From Gemmatimonadales bacterium (GTDB taxonomy: Bacteria > Gemmatimonadota > Gemmatimonadetes > Gemmatimonadales > GWC2-71-9): 64,000 nucleotides of DNA. The notes under the pieces were generated by a model. The model did not search any database, had not been told where the DNA came from, and saw nothing but the letters and a program-made list of their open reading frames with translations. Location of the stretch: the NCBI GenBank assembly GCA_039794085.1, contig JBDIWC010000017.1, forward strand, positions 1-64,000, in the 5' to 3' direction. Shown in pieces: positions 62,319-64,000 of this stretch; position 1 is the stretch's first letter; every line of letters starts with the position of its first letter. A program made the translations under genes and the position numbers.

Positions 62319-62798
62319 ATGCCCCGATATGAGGGACGCACCCGTCCCGTGGCGCGCGTGGGGATCGTGGTGAGCGGATACCATGAGATGGTCACCGGCC
62401 GCCTGCTCGACGGAGCGCTCCGCTGTTGCCGGGAGGCGGGCATCGACGAGGAATCGATCGATGTGCTCCGCGTGCCCGGGGCCTTCGAACTGGGAGTGGT
62501 TGCCGCCACCCTCCTGGAAGACGCGCGCCATCAGTGTCTGGTGGCGCTCGGCGTGGTGATCCGGGGGGAGACGCCCCACTTCGAGTATGTGGCGGGTGAA
62601 ACGTCCCGGGTGCTCGCCACCCTGGCCGTGGAACGCGGAGTTCCCGTGGGGTTTGGTCTCCTCACGGTCGACACCCTCGACCAGGCGATGGCCCGCTCCG
62701 GTGGCCCCGCGGGAAACAAGGGGTATGAAGCCGCCGAGGCCGCACTCCAGACCGCCGATCTCCTCCGCCAGGTCCGCGATGCGCGCACATCGGGCTGA
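62319..62798 (+). CDS. ribH: 6,7-dimethyl-8-ribityllumazine synthase
   Basis: VPGAFEL, VIRGETPHFEYV, NKG. Confidence 0.96.
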   Translation: MPRYEGRTRPVARVGIVVSGYHEMVTGRLLDGALRCCREAGIDEESIDVLRVPGAFELGVVAATLLEDARHQCLVALGVVIRGETPHFEYVAGETSRVLATLAVERGVPVGFGLLTVDTLDQAMARSGGPAGNKGYEAAEAALQTADLLRQVRDARTSG

Positions 62799-63195
62799 GA
62801 CCCGCGCCCGGGCGCGCGCCCTCCAACTGCTCTACGCCCGCGAGGCCACCGGCCGTCCGGTGGAGACGTTGCGGGGAGGGTTCTTCCGCCTCCTCCGGCC
62901 CGACCTCGCCCTGCTCGATGCCGCGGAACGTCTGGCCGCCGGGGTCGTGACCAATCTGACGGCGATCGATCGCGTCTGTACCGAGGCCTCGGATCATTGG
63001 CGGCTCGATCGCCTCGGGGTGGTGGAACGGAACATCCTCCGCCTGGGCGTGCATGAACTCCAGGCCGGCACCGTCCCCCCGCGGGTGGTGATTGACGAGG
63101 CGCTTCACCTCGCCCATCGGTTCGGAGGGCATGCCTCCGCGGCGTTTGTCAACGGGGTCCTCGACCGGGCGGCGAGGATTCTCGGGCGGCTATGA
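62779..63195 (+). CDS. nusB: transcription antitermination factor
   Basis: RARALQLLY, WRLDRL, VIDEA, FVNGVLD. Confidence 0.93.
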   Translation: MRAHRAETRARARALQLLYAREATGRPVETLRGGFFRLLRPDLALLDAAERLAAGVVTNLTAIDRVCTEASDHWRLDRLGVVERNILRLGVHELQAGTVPPRVVIDEALHLAHRFGGHASAAFVNGVLDRAARILGRL

Positions 63196-64000
63196 AGATT
63201 CTGCTCGTCAATTGGCAGGATCTCCGCAACCCCGCCGCGGGGGGAGCGGAGGTGCATCTCTTCGCCCTGTTCAGCCGCCTGGTGGCCCGAGGACATGAGG
63301 TGCGGCTGGTCTGCGCGGGCTTCCCCGGTGGCGCCCCCGAGGAAGTGGTCGAGGGCATCCGGGTTCTCCGGGTGGGAGGGAGGTGGTCGTTCGCTCTCCG
63401 GGCGTGGCGGGCCATCCGAAGGTCCCTGGCAGAGGATCCGCCGGATGTCGTGGTGGAAGACGTGAACAAGCTCCCCCTCTTCACCCCCTGGCTCACCCGC
63501 CGTCCGCTCTGCGTTCTCGTTCCCCACCTCTTTGGCGGTACCGCGTTCGCCGGCGCCTCCTGGCCGGTGGCCGCGGCGGTGTGGCTGGCCGAGCGACCGA
63601 TCCCCCGGGTTTACCGGCGGGCGGCTTTTCACGTGATCAGCGAGAGCACCCGCGACGATCTGGTCCAGCGGGGGATTCCCGCGTCGCGCATTGTGGTCAT
63701 CCATCCCGGCGTCGACGCCGGAGAGTACTCCCCCGACCCCGCCCTTGACCGGAGCCCCACGCCCTCCTTCTTATTTGTGGGTCGGCTCAAGCGGTACAAG
63801 GGGGCGGACCTCGCGATTCGTGCCCTGGCGCGGGCGCGGGAAACCCGGAAGGATCTGACCCTCCACGTGGCCGGTACCGGTGAGGAGCTGGATACGTTGC
63901 GCACCCTGGCGGGATCGCTGGGGGTGGGTGACGCGGTGTCCTTTCCGGGGGCCATCACCGAGGCCGAGAAGATCCGGCTCTTCCGCACCGTCTGGGGACA
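63192..64000 (+). CDS. glycosyltransferase family 4 (runs off the window end)
   Basis: MKILLVNWQDLRNPAAGGAEVH, FVGRLKRYKG. Confidence 0.9.
   Translation, partial: MKILLVNWQDLRNPAAGGAEVHLFALFSRLVARGHEVRLVCAGFPGGAPEEVVEGIRVLRVGGRWSFALRAWRAIRRSLAEDPPDVVVEDVNKLPLFTPWLTRRPLCVLVPHLFGGTAFAGASWPVAAAVWLAERPIPRVYRRAAFHVISESTRDDLVQRGIPASRIVVIHPGVDAGEYSPDPALDRSPTPSFLFVGRLKRYKGADLAIRALARARETRKDLTLHVAGTGEELDTLRTLAGSLGVGDAVSFPGAITEAEKIRLFRTVWG

Overview
High-GC bacterial chromosome segment, most likely Gemmatimonadota (inferred from the Hanks kinase-TolB-TPR protein, the beta-propeller lipoproteins and the gene order; not verified). Housekeeping content: asnS; a ~16.8 kb minus-strand run (alr, DUF1844, deoB, cdd, lipoprotein, outer-membrane barrel, miaB, comFB, comEC, fbp, methylmalonyl-CoA mutase subunit, DUF983, esterase, FmdB, argS, PfkB kinase, purM); mazG; and ribD/ribE/ribBA/ribH/nusB. 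Accessory content: a 14-blade RCC1-repeat/PKD lipoprotein set among gene debris, a VapBC pair and an Xre-RES toxin-antitoxin pair, an alphaproteobacterial-type chemoreceptor coupled to an alginate-export-family porin, an actinobacterial-type furA-katG operon, and a ~12 kb cluster of exported enzymes beside a keto-acid-type TRAP transporter. Three candidates deserve most attention. (1) A possible periplasmic peptide to amino acid to imine to 2-keto acid salvage module, which includes exported versions of normally cytoplasmic RidA and HpcH aldolase. (2) Heptamer tandem arrays plus several dispersed palindromic elements that sit at the joints of accessory genes and supply stop codons to three of them. 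(3) Hypervariable loops in the otherwise homogenised 117-bp RCC1 repeats. I found no rRNA, tRNA, CRISPR array, transposase, integrase or reverse transcriptase. All product calls come from motif recognition by eye; no database search was run.
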